Below, one piece after another: positions 50,558 to 60,524 of a DNA stretch of 64,000 nt (within the stretch, counting starts at the first letter, position 1; each line of letters opens with the position of its first letter). The notes under the pieces were generated by a model that made no database searches, was not told the DNA's origin, and worked only from the letters and a program-made list of their open reading frames with translations. Position numbers and translations under genes: made by a program. Location: the NCBI GenBank assembly GCA_965218785.1, contig OZ244650.1:1504001-1568000 (forward strand), read 5' to 3'. Source of the DNA: Nitrosopumilus sp. Lineage in GTDB: Archaea > Thermoproteota > Nitrososphaeria > Nitrososphaerales > Nitrosopumilaceae.

Positions 50558-50559
50558 AA

Positions 50560-50856
50560 ATGGCCATTCCACTGCAAAATAAAATACATGACAAGATTAA
50601 GGAGGCAAGATCCCTAATTGATGCTGATCTCTACAAAGTCTTGCTAAAGGAAGGACATGTTCTTCCCGAAGACAAGTTCAATAAACTACTTTTAGACTTG
50701 GAGATACTTGGATTAATCAAGGTATCGTGGATTACAAAGGATGAACGTAGAATAGAGATCAACATTGTTGAAAAGGAGACAGACACAGTTGAAGAACAAA
50801 ACAAGGAAATGATGGAAAAGGATTACGAGGCCAGTTTTCCAGGCTTTGAAAAATAG
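50560..50856 (+). CDS. conserved small winged-helix-like protein downstream of cdc48
   Basis: FNKLLLDLEILGLIKVSW. Confidence 0.8.
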   Translation: MAIPLQNKIHDKIKEARSLIDADLYKVLLKEGHVLPEDKFNKLLLDLEILGLIKVSWITKDERRIEINIVEKETDTVEEQNKEMMEKDYEASFPGFEK

Positions 50857-51750
50857 TCAGAATAAAGGAATATGAAACGCCGCATCCAGTGCAACGGCTA
50901 GAAAAATTATTGTAAGATACGGAGCCGTGACCTTGTATGCCTTCCAGGCAAATTCGGATGTAGGATTCTTTGTCAGTTGGTAGTGGTATGCAAGCATCAA
51001 TCCGCCAGAGGCAGCAGCAATTATTACATAAACAACACCCAGTCCGTCTGGAATAAATGAAAGCATCAAAGAGTACGGAAGCAGGATCATCGTGTTTCCC
51101 AAAATGTACTTTGATGTCTTTTGCATGCCGACTACTACAGGCAGCATTGGAACCTCGGCCTGTGCATACTCGTCTTTAATCTTCATTGCAAGGCACCAGA
51201 AATGGGAGGGAGTCCAGACAAATACCAGGAAGCCAACCAGGAATCCTAGCAAATCCATGCTGCCAGTAGCTGCAGACCATCCTGCCCAGGCAGCGGCACT
51301 GCCGGCAATTCCGCCAATGACAATGTTTGAGGTGTTCAGACGTTTTAGCCAGACGGTGTAAATGATCACATATGAAAATATGCCGACTGCGATAAAAAAG
51401 GCAGAAACGGCATTTAGTGCAAAGAATCCATATATCACAGACACGCAGCTTACAATCAATCCATAAATCAGAACATTGGATGCTGCCATTCGTCCGGATG
51501 GAATGGGTCTGGTACTAGTCCTCTTCATTTTGGGATCAATGTCCCTATCATAGTAGTGGTTCAATGCGCTAGACCCAGCAGATGCTAGTGCTCCTGCAAC
51601 AATTATGTGCAAATATGACCAATAATCAAGATCGGCTGCACCATCAACTAGTTTGCTTGCAGCATACATCGAGGTGACTGCGGTGACAACTAAAAGGACG
51701 ACTATCCGGGGCTTGGATATCTCCATTATTTCTTTAAATCCCAATCTCAC
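50857..51750 (-). CDS. cyoE: protoheme IX farnesyltransferase (heme O synthase)
   Basis: SKPRIV, DRDID-KM-RT-RPIPSGR, NIVIGGIAG, WTPSHFW. Confidence 0.96.
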   Translation of the reverse strand: MRLGFKEIMEISKPRIVVLLVVTAVTSMYAASKLVDGAADLDYWSYLHIIVAGALASAGSSALNHYYDRDIDPKMKRTSTRPIPSGRMAASNVLIYGLIVSCVSVIYGFFALNAVSAFFIAVGIFSYVIIYTVWLKRLNTSNIVIGGIAGSAAAWAGWSAATGSMDLLGFLVGFLVFVWTPSHFWCLAMKIKDEYAQAEVPMLPVVVGMQKTSKYILGNTMILLPYSLMLSFIPDGLGVVYVIIAAASGGLMLAYHYQLTKNPTSEFAWKAYKVTAPYLTIIFLAVALDAAFHIPLF

Positions 51751-51840
51751 TCTATCCTATTCCAAAGCCATTTAATTTCTTCGTCTATGATCATAATATT
51801 TCAAAAGGAATAAGTATCTAAGCCTTACCAGCTATCGTAA

Positions 51841-52944
51841 ATGAGTAATTGGGACCTCATGATGCCAGGAATGGGATTGACAGCCATAGGTTTGGCAGGT
51901 GTCGTAATATCCTATGCGGGTATTGCACATACGTTCATTGATGGCATGCACGCCCTGACTGGCCTTACCATGTTTATAGGACTGATTTTTCTCTCCGTAG
52001 GCATCCTAGACGGGGGCATCTCGACTAGCAACAGGGCAAAGGCGACTGTCCTGGTAATTATTTCAATAGCGCTGGGATTTGGAATGTACGGATTTACCAT
52101 GAACACCTCAAACTATGTGGTTACAATAGCGGGGATTTTGATGGGAATTACATTTCCGGCAATAATAATAGCATATCTGGCAATGAAGCATCCAACGATC
52201 GTAAAACCGATCGGATCCATTGTTGCAATGGCAGGAGCAACGGGAATTATCATGTGGCTGGCATTTGGATTTGTAAGTCCTGATACATACATCATTCCAC
52301 AACAAGTTATAGTCGAAGAAGAAGAAGAAGAGGAAATCAAAAAAGCCGCACTGACAGGACCTGTCTTTGCAGTTCAGATTTTAGAAGGTTCCCTCCAGCA
52401 GGGCAATCCTGATTATGGACCGGATGTGGCAGTTGTTCCGCACGGGCATGTAGTGGAATGGACAAACATGGATTCGGCCATACATACGGTAACTAGCACA
52501 GAAGGTTTTGGCGAATTATTCGAGTCAGGTTATATGGATCCAGGTGATGTATATGCATTAGATACGACCGGTTTGGAAGCTGGAGAATATGAATATCTAT
52601 GTACCGTACATGTTTGGATGACGTCAACACTAGTTGTTGAAGAGCCAAGAGAACCAGTCAAAGTTACAATTCCTGACGGGGCTGCATTTCCAGAAGAAGG
52701 CAAAACCTATTACGATCTCCAGACAATCGACGTAAAGACCGGCACGACAGTTGCATGGGACAATGCAGACAACGTGGCACATACTGTGACTTCAGGCAGA
52801 CCAGATGCAGGTGCAGATGAGACGTTTGACTCAGAATCAATGGAGGCAGGGGATATTTTTGAATTTACATTTACAGAGGCGGGAAATTACGATTATTACT
52901 GTGTATTCCACTTGTGGATGGTAGGAACTGTTAACGTAGAATAG
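51841..52944 (+). CDS. membrane protein with two cupredoxin (plastocyanin-like) domains
   Basis: TM helices then two HTVTS and YxCxxHxWM type-1 copper motifs. Confidence 0.92.
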   Translation: MSNWDLMMPGMGLTAIGLAGVVISYAGIAHTFIDGMHALTGLTMFIGLIFLSVGILDGGISTSNRAKATVLVIISIALGFGMYGFTMNTSNYVVTIAGILMGITFPAIIIAYLAMKHPTIVKPIGSIVAMAGATGIIMWLAFGFVSPDTYIIPQQVIVEEEEEEEIKKAALTGPVFAVQILEGSLQQGNPDYGPDVAVVPHGHVVEWTNMDSAIHTVTSTEGFGELFESGYMDPGDVYALDTTGLEAGEYEYLCTVHVWMTSTLVVEEPREPVKVTIPDGAAFPEEGKTYYDLQTIDVKTGTTVAWDNADNVAHTVTSGRPDAGADETFDSESMEAGDIFEFTFTEAGNYDYYCVFHLWMVGTVNVE

Positions 52945-52946
52945 AG

Positions 52947-53342
52947 TTGCAGAAGATCATACTATCACGATCAGACAGGAAAATCCTGACTGATCATGCA
53001 GAAAATGAAATACCTAATGAATCGTGTGCCATACTGTTTGGCAGGGACAACACAGTCTCAGAGGTGTTCCTGACAGAAAATATCGTAGAATCACCGGTAA
53101 ATTTTACCATCTCAAGCAAGCAGTTAATCGAGGGATACGACATTGCAGAGAAAAAGAAATTAAAAGTGATTGGCATATTTCATTCACATCCCAACTCAGA
53201 TGCATATCCGTCAAGCACGGATAAAAAATTCATGCATGTTAATCCGGTGGTATGGATGATTTATTCAGGAATCAATAAAAATTTCAGGGCATATGTTCTC
53301 GAGTCAGATATTATAGAAATTCCAATTGAAGAGAGATATTAG
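52947..53342 (+). CDS. JAMM/MPN+ (M67) metallopeptidase
   Basis: PNESC, FHSHP-AYPS-D. Confidence 0.93.
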   Translation: MQKIILSRSDRKILTDHAENEIPNESCAILFGRDNTVSEVFLTENIVESPVNFTISSKQLIEGYDIAEKKKLKVIGIFHSHPNSDAYPSSTDKKFMHVNPVVWMIYSGINKNFRAYVLESDIIEIPIEERY

Positions 53343-53531
53343 ATCTTAATCTGTGGCAGCCTTTGCCATTCTTCATCCATTCATTAGAACCAGGTCGCAG
53401 TTAATAGACGAGGATCTCCCCTAGTTTAACGCAGAGTTCCTTGAGAGGCACGGAATCCTGATTTTCACGGCATATTTCAGATTTGGAGGGGGAGATCTTT
53501 GAATTAAATACCCCTTTTTTTGAGAAATATC

Positions 53532-53789
53532 ATGGAAATTCACGTATACGATACCTATGTCAAGGCAGCAGACGGTCATACCATGCACTTTGACGTAATT
53601 ACCGGTGAGAAAGACCACGACAAGGCCATAACATATGGCAAGGAATGGTTACAATCAGTCGGTGAGGGTGAGGCAGAGATGACTACAAACGAATGCCAGT
53701 TCTGTCATTCACAAGGTGCAGCAGAGCCTGTTGAGCAGGCAATTAAGGAAAAAGGCTACTTTATCCAAAAGATGGAAGGCTGTCCTTAA
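53532..53789 (+). CDS. DUF2024 family protein
   Basis: MEIHVYDTYV, MHFDV, ECQFCHSQ, MEGCP. Confidence 0.88.
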   Translation: MEIHVYDTYVKAADGHTMHFDVITGEKDHDKAITYGKEWLQSVGEGEAEMTTNECQFCHSQGAAEPVEQAIKEKGYFIQKMEGCP

Positions 53790-53849
53790 TCATTTTTTTC
53801 TTTTTTCTATAAAGATCATATTTTTTAAATTAATCATCATAGTAATAGC

Positions 53850-54032
53850 ATGTCAGAACACAGGTATTCAAAGTGGACAGTTGAAGGGGAAAAGAAGACA
53901 AGGTGGATTTGTGGGTGTTTTCTAACGGCAGATAATTACTTTAAATTCTGTGACAAGCACAATGACACCCTGAAAAAGGCGATTCAGTCCCAGATTGACG
54001 AATTAGATATGACGTTAATCGTTGAAGATTAG
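53850..54032 (+). CDS. small Zn-binding hypothetical protein
   Basis: WICGC...FCDKH. Confidence 0.7.
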   Translation: MSEHRYSKWTVEGEKKTRWICGCFLTADNYFKFCDKHNDTLKKAIQSQIDELDMTLIVED

Positions 54033-56083
54033 ATGGCAAGCACTGCGACAAATGCAGATACAAAGACAATCGCGATTGTGTTGAGCAGTTTGATGACGGT
54101 GTTAAGTGCAGGTCCTGCGGTGTCTTTGTATGGGTCGCCGATAATATCGCCTACTACTGCAACCTTGTGTATTTCAGAACCCTTTTCACCGTTCATCTCG
54201 ATAAGCTTCTTTGCGTTATCCCATGCACCGCCGGTGTTTGCCAAATGATATGCAAGCAGGATTCCGGTAATAACTGAACCCATCAGCAGTCCTGCCACGG
54301 CAGTTGGGCCTAGCAAGACTCCCAAAATTATCGGGGCAGTAATGGCCACGATTGCAGGCTTCCAGAGTTCCCTGATTGATGCAACAGTTGCAATATCCAC
54401 GCATTTGGCATAGTCTGGTTTTGATTTTCCAGTAAGAATTCCAGGATCGGATTTGAATTGTCGTCTGACTTCGTCAACCATTTTTCCTGCGGCCCTAGAT
54501 ACGCCGTTGATGAGTTGACCCGTAATGATAAATGGTATCAGACCGCCAATCAACAGACCAACAATGATGGCAGGATTTGTCAAACTATAATCTAAATCCA
54601 CACTCTCGAAAACATGTGCTGCCTCAAATTGAAACGCCTGAATCATGGCTAATGCAGCTAACGCCGCACTGGCAATGGCAAATCCTTTTGTAACTGCCTT
54701 GGTTGTGTTTCCAACTGCGTCAATTTCGTCTGTAACTTTGCGGTTTTCCTCCCCCATTCCAGTCATCTCTACTATGCCACCTGCATTATCTGCAATTGGA
54801 CCAAATGCGTCAATACTTAGAACGATTCCTGCAAGACTCAGCATCGCCATTGCAGTTAAAGAGGTTCCAAAGATTCCATAAAGAACAGGGTTTGCACCTT
54901 CAGGAGCTGCAGATGATGCAATTGTATAAGACAGGATGATTGCAACGACAAGTGCAATCATGAACGGTCCAGTCGATTGCATGCCTTTGATGATTCCCAT
55001 CAGGATTAATGACGCATATCCCCATTTTGCCGAGTCTGCAATCTCCTTGACGGGGCCTTTTTTGTAACTCGTATAGTTATCGGTGATTTTCTGAATAACT
55101 GGAACCAGTATTACACCAATTACCGTAGAGCCAAACAAGGCGTATGCTACGGCAGACTCGTCGATGAGTTGTGTAATAAAGACATAGTTTAATCCGATTG
55201 CAATTGCAGCAGAGACGTAAAATGAACGGTTAAGCGGCTTCATCACATCTGTGATGTTCTTAGAACCGATAATTACAACACCTATGATTGATGCAATCAT
55301 GCCAGATGAGCCGATTAGAATTGGATAAAGAAAGAAGTTTGGAGCGCCAATTAATGCTGCAATTAGTAATGCCGCAAGTATTGTAACGATATAGGATTCG
55401 TAGATATCTGAGCCCATTCCTGCTGCGTCACCGACATTGTCACCTACGTTATCTGCAATTGTTGCAGGGTTTCGTGGGTCATCCTCAGGAATGTTTACCT
55501 CGACTTTTCCTACCAGGTCTGCGCCCATGTCTGCTGCTTTGGTAAAGATACCGCCGCCAATTCTGATAAATAGCGCGATAAGACTTGCCCCAATTCCAAC
55601 ACCTGCAATCATGATCGGATCTTGATAAACCATGTATAATGCCGTAATTGCCAGAAGAGCCATCGCCGGGACTGCCAGACCGACTGTAGCTCCTCCCCTA
55701 AAGGCCATGGCAAACGTCTGTCCCAGTCCCGTACCGCTTAGATTTGCGGCTCTGACTGCCGCTTTTACTGTAATTTTTAATGAGATAATTCCTGCAACTG
55801 CTGAAAGTGCCGCACCTACTGCAAATGCCAGTCCGTTTGAAGGGGCCAAGAATGCACCAATAATTACTGACAACGCTATTGCGACAGGAACGATAATTTT
55901 CATTTCTCTTTTTAGAAATGCTGCGGCGCCTTCCTTGACAGCATTGGAGATATCCATCATCTCTTTTGTTCCAGGTGGCTGTTTTGTAATCCAGACAATC
56001 AGACCTGCTGCAACCAAAAATGATGCAATACCTGCAACAATCGGCAGAAATCCACCAATTGACAGAATTTCAACAAATTCCAT
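54029..56083 (-). CDS. hppA: membrane-bound proton-translocating pyrophosphatase, predicted K+-independent
   Basis: GGGIFTKAADMGADLVGKVE, DNVGDNVGD, GNTTKA (Lys at the K+-dependence determinant), GDPYKDTAGP. Confidence 0.96.
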   Translation of the reverse strand: MEFVEILSIGGFLPIVAGIASFLVAAGLIVWITKQPPGTKEMMDISNAVKEGAAAFLKREMKIIVPVAIALSVIIGAFLAPSNGLAFAVGAALSAVAGIISLKITVKAAVRAANLSGTGLGQTFAMAFRGGATVGLAVPAMALLAITALYMVYQDPIMIAGVGIGASLIALFIRIGGGIFTKAADMGADLVGKVEVNIPEDDPRNPATIADNVGDNVGDAAGMGSDIYESYIVTILAALLIAALIGAPNFFLYPILIGSSGMIASIIGVVIIGSKNITDVMKPLNRSFYVSAAIAIGLNYVFITQLIDESAVAYALFGSTVIGVILVPVIQKITDNYTSYKKGPVKEIADSAKWGYASLILMGIIKGMQSTGPFMIALVVAIILSYTIASSAAPEGANPVLYGIFGTSLTAMAMLSLAGIVLSIDAFGPIADNAGGIVEMTGMGEENRKVTDEIDAVGNTTKAVTKGFAIASAALAALAMIQAFQFEAAHVFESVDLDYSLTNPAIIVGLLIGGLIPFIITGQLINGVSRAAGKMVDEVRRQFKSDPGILTGKSKPDYAKCVDIATVASIRELWKPAIVAITAPIILGVLLGPTAVAGLLMGSVITGILLAYHLANTGGAWDNAKKLIEMNGEKGSEIHKVAVVGDIIGDPYKDTAGPALNTVIKLLNTIAIVFVSAFVAVLAI

Positions 56084-56119
56084 GTTATACTTTGCTTGCC
56101 TAAATCTTGGAAATATAAA

Positions 56120-56497
56120 TCAATGAGGGGGAGTTTGATTCCTCTTCTTGTATGGTGGAAATGTTTTTCCTCCGAGTCCACGCCTTACTAATTTGTTGAA
56201 TCTTTTACCATGGGCAAGATACGGAAATCGCATGTGGATCAATTCATGAACTATCGTGTTTTCAAGGGTCTTCTCATCAGGAATTTTTCGTATATTAAGA
56301 AAGACCAGATTATGCTGGAGATATGAGACGCCATAATACTTGTAGGCAGATGTTCTGCACCCTTCTGTCATTTCACGCGGCATGTCAAGGACTTCTTTTG
56401 TGACAAACAGGAGATTGGGTTCGGGAATAGAAAATCTGTTGGAATAAATTCCAACCTTCTCCAAAATCTGCAGTTTGAGGTCAGGATCAAGCTTCAC
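56120..56497 (-). CDS. small zincin-type metalloprotease (SprT/M48-like)
   Basis: IVHELIH...HGKRF. Confidence 0.8.
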   Translation of the reverse strand: MKLDPDLKLQILEKVGIYSNRFSIPEPNLLFVTKEVLDMPREMTEGCRTSAYKYYGVSYLQHNLVFLNIRKIPDEKTLENTIVHELIHMRFPYLAHGKRFNKLVRRGLGGKTFPPYKKRNQTPPH

Positions 56498-56649
56498 ATG
56501 GGAGCATCATGCAGTCTGTCTTTATTTGGAGATGTCAAATGTTGTATGACATTTGGTTTATTTTGGTTCTTCAAAATTATGAATTAATAGGGTCAGAGGT
56601 TTAGTAGTGTAATCACTGATCATACAGCCACCGTCTCATCACACCCCAA

Positions 56650-57144
56650 TCATTCCATTAAATCAAGTAGTCTTTGTGCCTTACTTCTAATTTCCGGAGT
56701 GATTTTGACTATAACTAGTCCCTCGTTTGGCTGTCCGTACAAAACTGTGGCACCATCCGGGGCGTAGATGCAAGCAGGCAATACCAGAAGATCCTCCTCG
56801 CCATTGACGCCTAGTCGCACCGGAGGTTTCATGGAAATGGCTTTTTTGATGAGATCAATACTTTGAGGGGTGATTTCCGCTGCAGGATTATCTACAGTCA
56901 ACTCTGTGGCGTGTGCAGGTTTTGGAGGCTCTCTTCTCTGTCTTTTTTCCTGGCAGTCGATGATCTGCAAGGATGGGACCAGGTCAAACTCGATCATTTT
57001 TTCGGTTGTTCTGTCACCGACTGTAATGATATAGGAGTCTTCGGAGAGATGTTTTTTGATGTTTGTTTTATCAGCCTGGCTCTCAGGCAAGAGTATTCCT
57101 AAAGGGATTTTCAATTGATCTCTTAAAGAGTTGGGCAGTTTCAC
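56650..57144 (-). CDS. GTP-dependent dephospho-CoA kinase (DUF359); probable GTG start 57144
   Basis: LKIPLG, ITVGD, NPAAEI, GEEDLL, YGQPNEG. Confidence 0.9.
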   Translation of the reverse strand: MKLPNSLRDQLKIPLGILLPESQADKTNIKKHLSEDSYIITVGDRTTEKMIEFDLVPSLQIIDCQEKRQRREPPKPAHATELTVDNPAAEITPQSIDLIKKAISMKPPVRLGVNGEEDLLVLPACIYAPDGATVLYGQPNEGLVIVKITPEIRSKAQRLLDLME

Positions 57145-57160
57145 GTAAATCGGTATTTGA

Positions 57161-58276
57161 TCAGCTAGGAGTAATTTCCTCTGGTGTAGTTTCTTTACCA
57201 GATCTTTCAGATTCCATCTCTTGTTGTAATTTTGCTGCAAGGATACTGCATTGTGCTGCAATATTTTTTGCACTGGATCTAAAAGCTTCTGCGCTTGGGG
57301 AATCAGGATTTGTGATTATGATTGGCTTGCCTAAATCAGAACCGGACATAATTCCAGAGTTTAATGGAATTTCACCTAGGAAGGGCATCTTGAATTCCTC
57401 ACTGATCTTTTTTGCACCGCCGTCACCGAAGATATAGTGTTTCTCATCACAGTTTGGACAAATAAAATGACTCATGTTTTCAACAACGCCGATAAGTGGA
57501 ACGTTTAGTTTTTCAAACATTCCAATTGCCTTGACTGCAACATTGCTTGCAACGTCTTGCGGAGTTGTAACAACTAGAATGCCGGTAATTGGAATTGTTT
57601 GTGCAAGCGTCAGCGGAATGTCGCCGGTACCTGGAGGAAGATCTACAATAAGATAGTCCAAGTCAGACCAGTTAGTATCAACTAGAAATTGTTTTAGAAT
57701 TCCAGATATGATTGGACCACGATATATTGCTGCCTGATGTGATTGTTCTGCAAAGAAACCAAACGAGACGACCTTCAATCCGTTGGATTCTGCCGGCTGA
57801 AGCTTGTTCTCCTCTACTTGCATGTATCCATCCTTCATCCCAAGCATCAACGGAATGCTAGGACCGTAGATATCAGCATCCAGCAATCCAACCTTAGCTC
57901 CTGTCTGTTGCAATGCCAGAGCTAGATTCAATGAAACAGTAGATTTTCCCACTCCGCCTTTTCCACTTGCCACGCCAATAATGTTTTTGACAGTTGCCAT
58001 TCCAGTATCTGCATCAAGTGAACGCCCTTCCATGACTTTTGCAGTTACGTTCATATCAAAATTTTTCAAATCAGAAAGTTGAGCGATGGCCTTTCTGACA
58101 TCGTCTTCAATTTCGACGTTGAAAGGACATGCAGGAGTTGTTAGTTCCAAGGTAAATTTTAGATTGCCGTCATTTAGTTCAAGATCCTTTATCATGCCCA
58201 TTGATACTATGTCTTTTTTCAAATCAGGATCAATGACTGTACTGAGCTTTTCAAGAACTTGATCTATTCCAACCAT
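57161..58276 (-). CDS. mrp: Mrp/NBP35 Fe-S cluster carrier ATPase
   Basis: DUF59 N-terminus, SGKGGVGKST, DLPPGTGD, ENMS-CPNC. Confidence 0.95.
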   Translation of the reverse strand: MVGIDQVLEKLSTVIDPDLKKDIVSMGMIKDLELNDGNLKFTLELTTPACPFNVEIEDDVRKAIAQLSDLKNFDMNVTAKVMEGRSLDADTGMATVKNIIGVASGKGGVGKSTVSLNLALALQQTGAKVGLLDADIYGPSIPLMLGMKDGYMQVEENKLQPAESNGLKVVSFGFFAEQSHQAAIYRGPIISGILKQFLVDTNWSDLDYLIVDLPPGTGDIPLTLAQTIPITGILVVTTPQDVASNVAVKAIGMFEKLNVPLIGVVENMSHFICPNCDEKHYIFGDGGAKKISEEFKMPFLGEIPLNSGIMSGSDLGKPIIITNPDSPSAEAFRSSAKNIAAQCSILAAKLQQEMESERSGKETTPEEITPS

Positions 58277-58425
58277 TGCGTCAAAAAGTCAGTTTACATT
58301 ATTTAAACATAAGTCAGACGCCAAAAAAAAATTATCAATAATTAGCCAAATGAACAAAATCTTTGGAAATTCGAGCCTAAATCACCCAAAGATTCATAAA
58401 TTGAAATTCAAGAAAAACAGCACAG

Positions 58426-59262
58426 TTGTTTTCTATATCTACCCTAGTTGATGTTGTTAGGATTCCTCCAAGCTTGTTTGGAACCACGCTCAAAAAGGCA
58501 GCAGTGAACATTCTCAAAGAAAAATACGAGAGCATGATTAATGCAGATCTGGGATACATCATTATGATTTTGGATGCCAAAGTAGACGAAATGGGAAAAA
58601 TGATTGCAGGTGATGGCGGTACTTTCCACAAGGTTGAATTTGAGGCATTGACGTTTTATCCAAAATTACAGGAAATTGTCCAGGGGGAGATTGTAGACAT
58701 TACGGACTTTGGTGCGTTTGTAAGAATCGGTCCTACTGATGCATTGCTTCATCTGTCACAAGTTATGGATGATTATCTAAAAAGCGATGTAAAATCCGGA
58801 ATGATTATAGCTAATCAAAGCGGCCGGACACTCAGAGTCGGTTCCACGCTTCGTGCAAGAATTACCGCAGTATCATTAGGAAAGGCAGCAACGATGGGCA
58901 AGATAGGAATCACATGCAGACAGCCGTTCCTTGGTGCAGATGAATGGATTGCCGAAGAAATCAAAAAATCAGATGGTGAGGGAGACGGACCGGCAAAGGG
59001 TGACAAGCCGACAAAGGGTGCCGAGCAAAGGGTGACAAACCAGCAAAGGGTGACAAGGGGAAGGCAAGCTAAGATGGCACGGGAAATGGCATGTAGAAAG
59101 TGCAAATGTGTAAACACAGGCAAGGTATGTAGAATATGTAAATCATCAGACTTGACGCCGGATTGGAACGGTATTGTGCTCGTAGTGGATCCAACAAATT
59201 CAGAAATTTCCAAAACTCTGGGCATCACTCAAAAAGGCAAGTATGCCATCAAAGTGACATAA
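58426..59262 (+). CDS. rpo7: RNA polymerase subunit Rpo7 (RpoE1), read through in frame into Spt4
   Basis: DVVRIPP, DFGAFVRIGP-DALLHLSQVMDD, GITCRQPFLG; presumed native stop TAA 59070-59072 is out of frame. Confidence 0.93.
   Translation: MFSISTLVDVVRIPPSLFGTTLKKAAVNILKEKYESMINADLGYIIMILDAKVDEMGKMIAGDGGTFHKVEFEALTFYPKLQEIVQGEIVDITDFGAFVRIGPTDALLHLSQVMDDYLKSDVKSGMIIANQSGRTLRVGSTLRARITAVSLGKAATMGKIGITCRQPFLGADEWIAEEIKKSDGEGDGPAKGDKPTKGAEQRVTNQQRVTRGRQAKMAREMACRKCKCVNTGKVCRICKSSDLTPDWNGIVLVVDPTNSEISKTLGITQKGKYAIKVT
59074..59262 (+). CDS. spt4: transcription elongation factor Spt4 (RpoE2)
   Basis: MAREMACRKCK...CRICKS...DWNG...GKYAIKV; own ATG at 59074. Confidence 0.93.
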   Translation: MAREMACRKCKCVNTGKVCRICKSSDLTPDWNGIVLVVDPTNSEISKTLGITQKGKYAIKVT

Positions 59263-59302
59263 AATTTCTAAATCTTTAAAATTGCATTAATATTTTATAA
59301 TT

Positions 59303-60124
59303 ATGTTGCCACGTTTTAATTCCAAAAAGCAATTATCAGAATTTCTTGCCGAAGACATAGGAAAGGGGGATGTAACTGGCGCCCTTTTACCCAAACAGAA
59401 AATTTCAGCTAGAATCATTTCAAGGGAGAACGGCGTTGTTGCAGGTGTAAAGCACGTAAGAGAAATTTTCAGACTAGAGAAATGCAATGCCAGAATCATG
59501 AAAAAAGACGGTTCTAAAATAAGACCAAACCAGGTCGTAATGATCATTACCGGAGACGCACGAAAAATTCTGGCATGTGAGAGAACCGCCCTGAATCTTC
59601 TCAGCAGAATGAGCGGAATTGCAACACAGACAAATCAACTTGCAGGAAAAATTCCAAGCCAGACAAAATTGTATGCCACAAGAAAAACGGCTCCAGGACT
59701 TCGATATTTTGACAAGGAGGCAGTGGAGATAGGAGGAGGTAAAAGGCACAGGCTGCGACTCGATGAGATGGTGATGATCAAGGATAATCATATTGCAGTG
59801 GAGGGTTCATTGTTATCATTAATTAAAAAGGCAAAAAAAAGACACAAAAAATTCGAAGTGGAGGTTGAAAACACTTCAGATGCGATTCTTGCCGCAGAGG
59901 AGGGGGCGGCAATAATCATGCTGGATAATTTTTCGCCATCTCAAATCAAGAGGACAATCAGAATGCTCAAGAATCACAAATTACGAGACAGGGTTATGCT
60001 TGAGGCATCAGGAGGAATAAATTCCAAGAATATCTCAAGGTATGGACAGACAGGCGTAGATATTATCTCAGTAGGCAGTATTACAAATTCAGTCAAAGGA
60101 ATTGATATGAGTCTGGAGACCTAG
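59303..60124 (+). CDS. nadC: nicotinate-nucleotide pyrophosphorylase
   Basis: ERTALN, SGIAT, TRKTAPG, IKDNH, MLDN, EASGGI. Confidence 0.97.
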   Translation: MLPRFNSKKQLSEFLAEDIGKGDVTGALLPKQKISARIISRENGVVAGVKHVREIFRLEKCNARIMKKDGSKIRPNQVVMIITGDARKILACERTALNLLSRMSGIATQTNQLAGKIPSQTKLYATRKTAPGLRYFDKEAVEIGGGKRHRLRLDEMVMIKDNHIAVEGSLLSLIKKAKKRHKKFEVEVENTSDAILAAEEGAAIIMLDNFSPSQIKRTIRMLKNHKLRDRVMLEASGGINSKNISRYGQTGVDIISVGSITNSVKGIDMSLET

Positions 60125-60513
60125 TCTAGCAGCTGTTCCAATAGTTCTGATACGGATTTATTTTTTGGATCAACTTCACGGATTATATCACAACATTTTA
60201 TCGCCGGCTTGTTTTCACCTAACTTCTGATGGGAGTATGCCTTCAAAAGTAGGATTTCAACGTCATGCGAACCAATTTCAAGCGCCCTATCAAAGTAGGC
60301 AATCGCAGTCCTGAATTTATTGTTTAGATAATAGATTCCACCTACAGTAAACAGGACATCATGATTATGCGGTACCTTTTCCAGATATTCCGTGCCTGAT
60401 TTTAGGGCTAGGGCATATTTTTTTTCTTTGACGAGTTTTTTGAATTTTTTGAGATTTTCAACATTCTTTTTTAGCTGAGGATCTTTTGGAGTCCTGCCAA
60501 ACAGTCCGACCAT
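60121..60513 (-). CDS. TPR protein
   Basis: TPR-like helical repeats (AIAYFDRALEI, EVDPKN). Confidence 0.85.
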   Translation of the reverse strand: MVGLFGRTPKDPQLKKNVENLKKFKKLVKEKKYALALKSGTEYLEKVPHNHDVLFTVGGIYYLNNKFRTAIAYFDRALEIGSHDVEILLLKAYSHQKLGENKPAIKCCDIIREVDPKNKSVSELLEQLLD

Positions 60514-60524
60514 GACAGTACGGA

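Noticed and set aside
53343-53480. Possible ncRNA between the JAMM and DUF2024 genes
   Set aside because: No convincing stems, box C/D pair or known RNA motif found by eye.
25256-56083. Co-occurrence of soluble ppa and membrane hppA as a novelty
   Set aside because: Both types coexist in many prokaryotes, and the genes are unlinked.
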